From contig NW_021832580.1 of assembly GCF_006345805.1 (NCBI RefSeq), positions 2,144 to 66,143 on the forward strand: a DNA stretch of 64,000 bases, given 5' to 3'. The notes beneath the pieces were generated by a model. The model saw nothing but the letters and a program-made list of their open reading frames with translations. It was not told the DNA's origin and did no database searches. Shown here piece by piece: positions 63,781 to 64,000 of this stretch (position 1 is its first letter; each line of letters begins with the position of its first letter). The translations under genes and the position numbers were made by a program. The DNA is from Octopus sinensis. Its lineage: Eukaryota.

Positions 63781-64000
63781 AATACCTATTTCTTTACTAC
63801 CCACAGGGGGCTAAACACAAGAGGGGACAAACAGAACAGACAAACGGATTAAGTCGATTATATCGCCCCAGTTGCGTAACTGGTACTTAATCTATCGACC
63901 CCGAAAGGATGAAAGGTAAAGTCGACCTCGGCGGAATATGAACTCTGAACGTAACGGCAGACGAAATACCGCTAAGCATTTCGCCCGGCGTGCTAACGTT
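63781..64000 (-). mobile_element. Meta-like SINE (runs off the window end)
   Basis: The tail is followed by GGTATT and then non-SINE sequence. Confidence 0.85.

Overview
AT-rich, extremely repeat-dense eukaryotic DNA. The repeat content (tRNA-derived CORE-like and Meta-like SINEs, massive TA/CA/GATA microsatellites, CR1, R4, Tx1 and Penelope relics) suggests an octopus or other coleoid cephalopod; this is inferred from remembered repeat families and was not database-checked. Only one credible host coding exon is visible: 33681-34850 (+). It encodes a SAMD1-like CpG-binding winged helix (LRSRKARPD...YKGRTSYRNAA), a probable second H15-like winged helix split by an Asn-rich insert, and a KRGRP motif. 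Its intron appears to run past the window end. Nearly all other ORF-track entries are microsatellite or SINE read-through. The most interesting signals are four. (1) A Meta-like SINE forms head-once/body-repeated multimers with the same junction (AAAGAAATA|GGTATTTCG) at many loci; old-head/young-body/old-body chimeras suggest site-specific insertion into its own family. (2) Its 3' tail matches a Tx1/L1-like LINE 3' end in this window, and the CORE-like SINE tail matches a CR1/L2-like LINE 3' end with covarying hairpins. (3) Several minimal hammerhead ribozyme motifs occur, mostly Penelope-associated, including a near-perfect orphan at 22797-22841. (4) There are multi-layer nested TE structures and long inverted repeats inside the putative intron. 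All coordinates were read by eye and may be off by a few bases.
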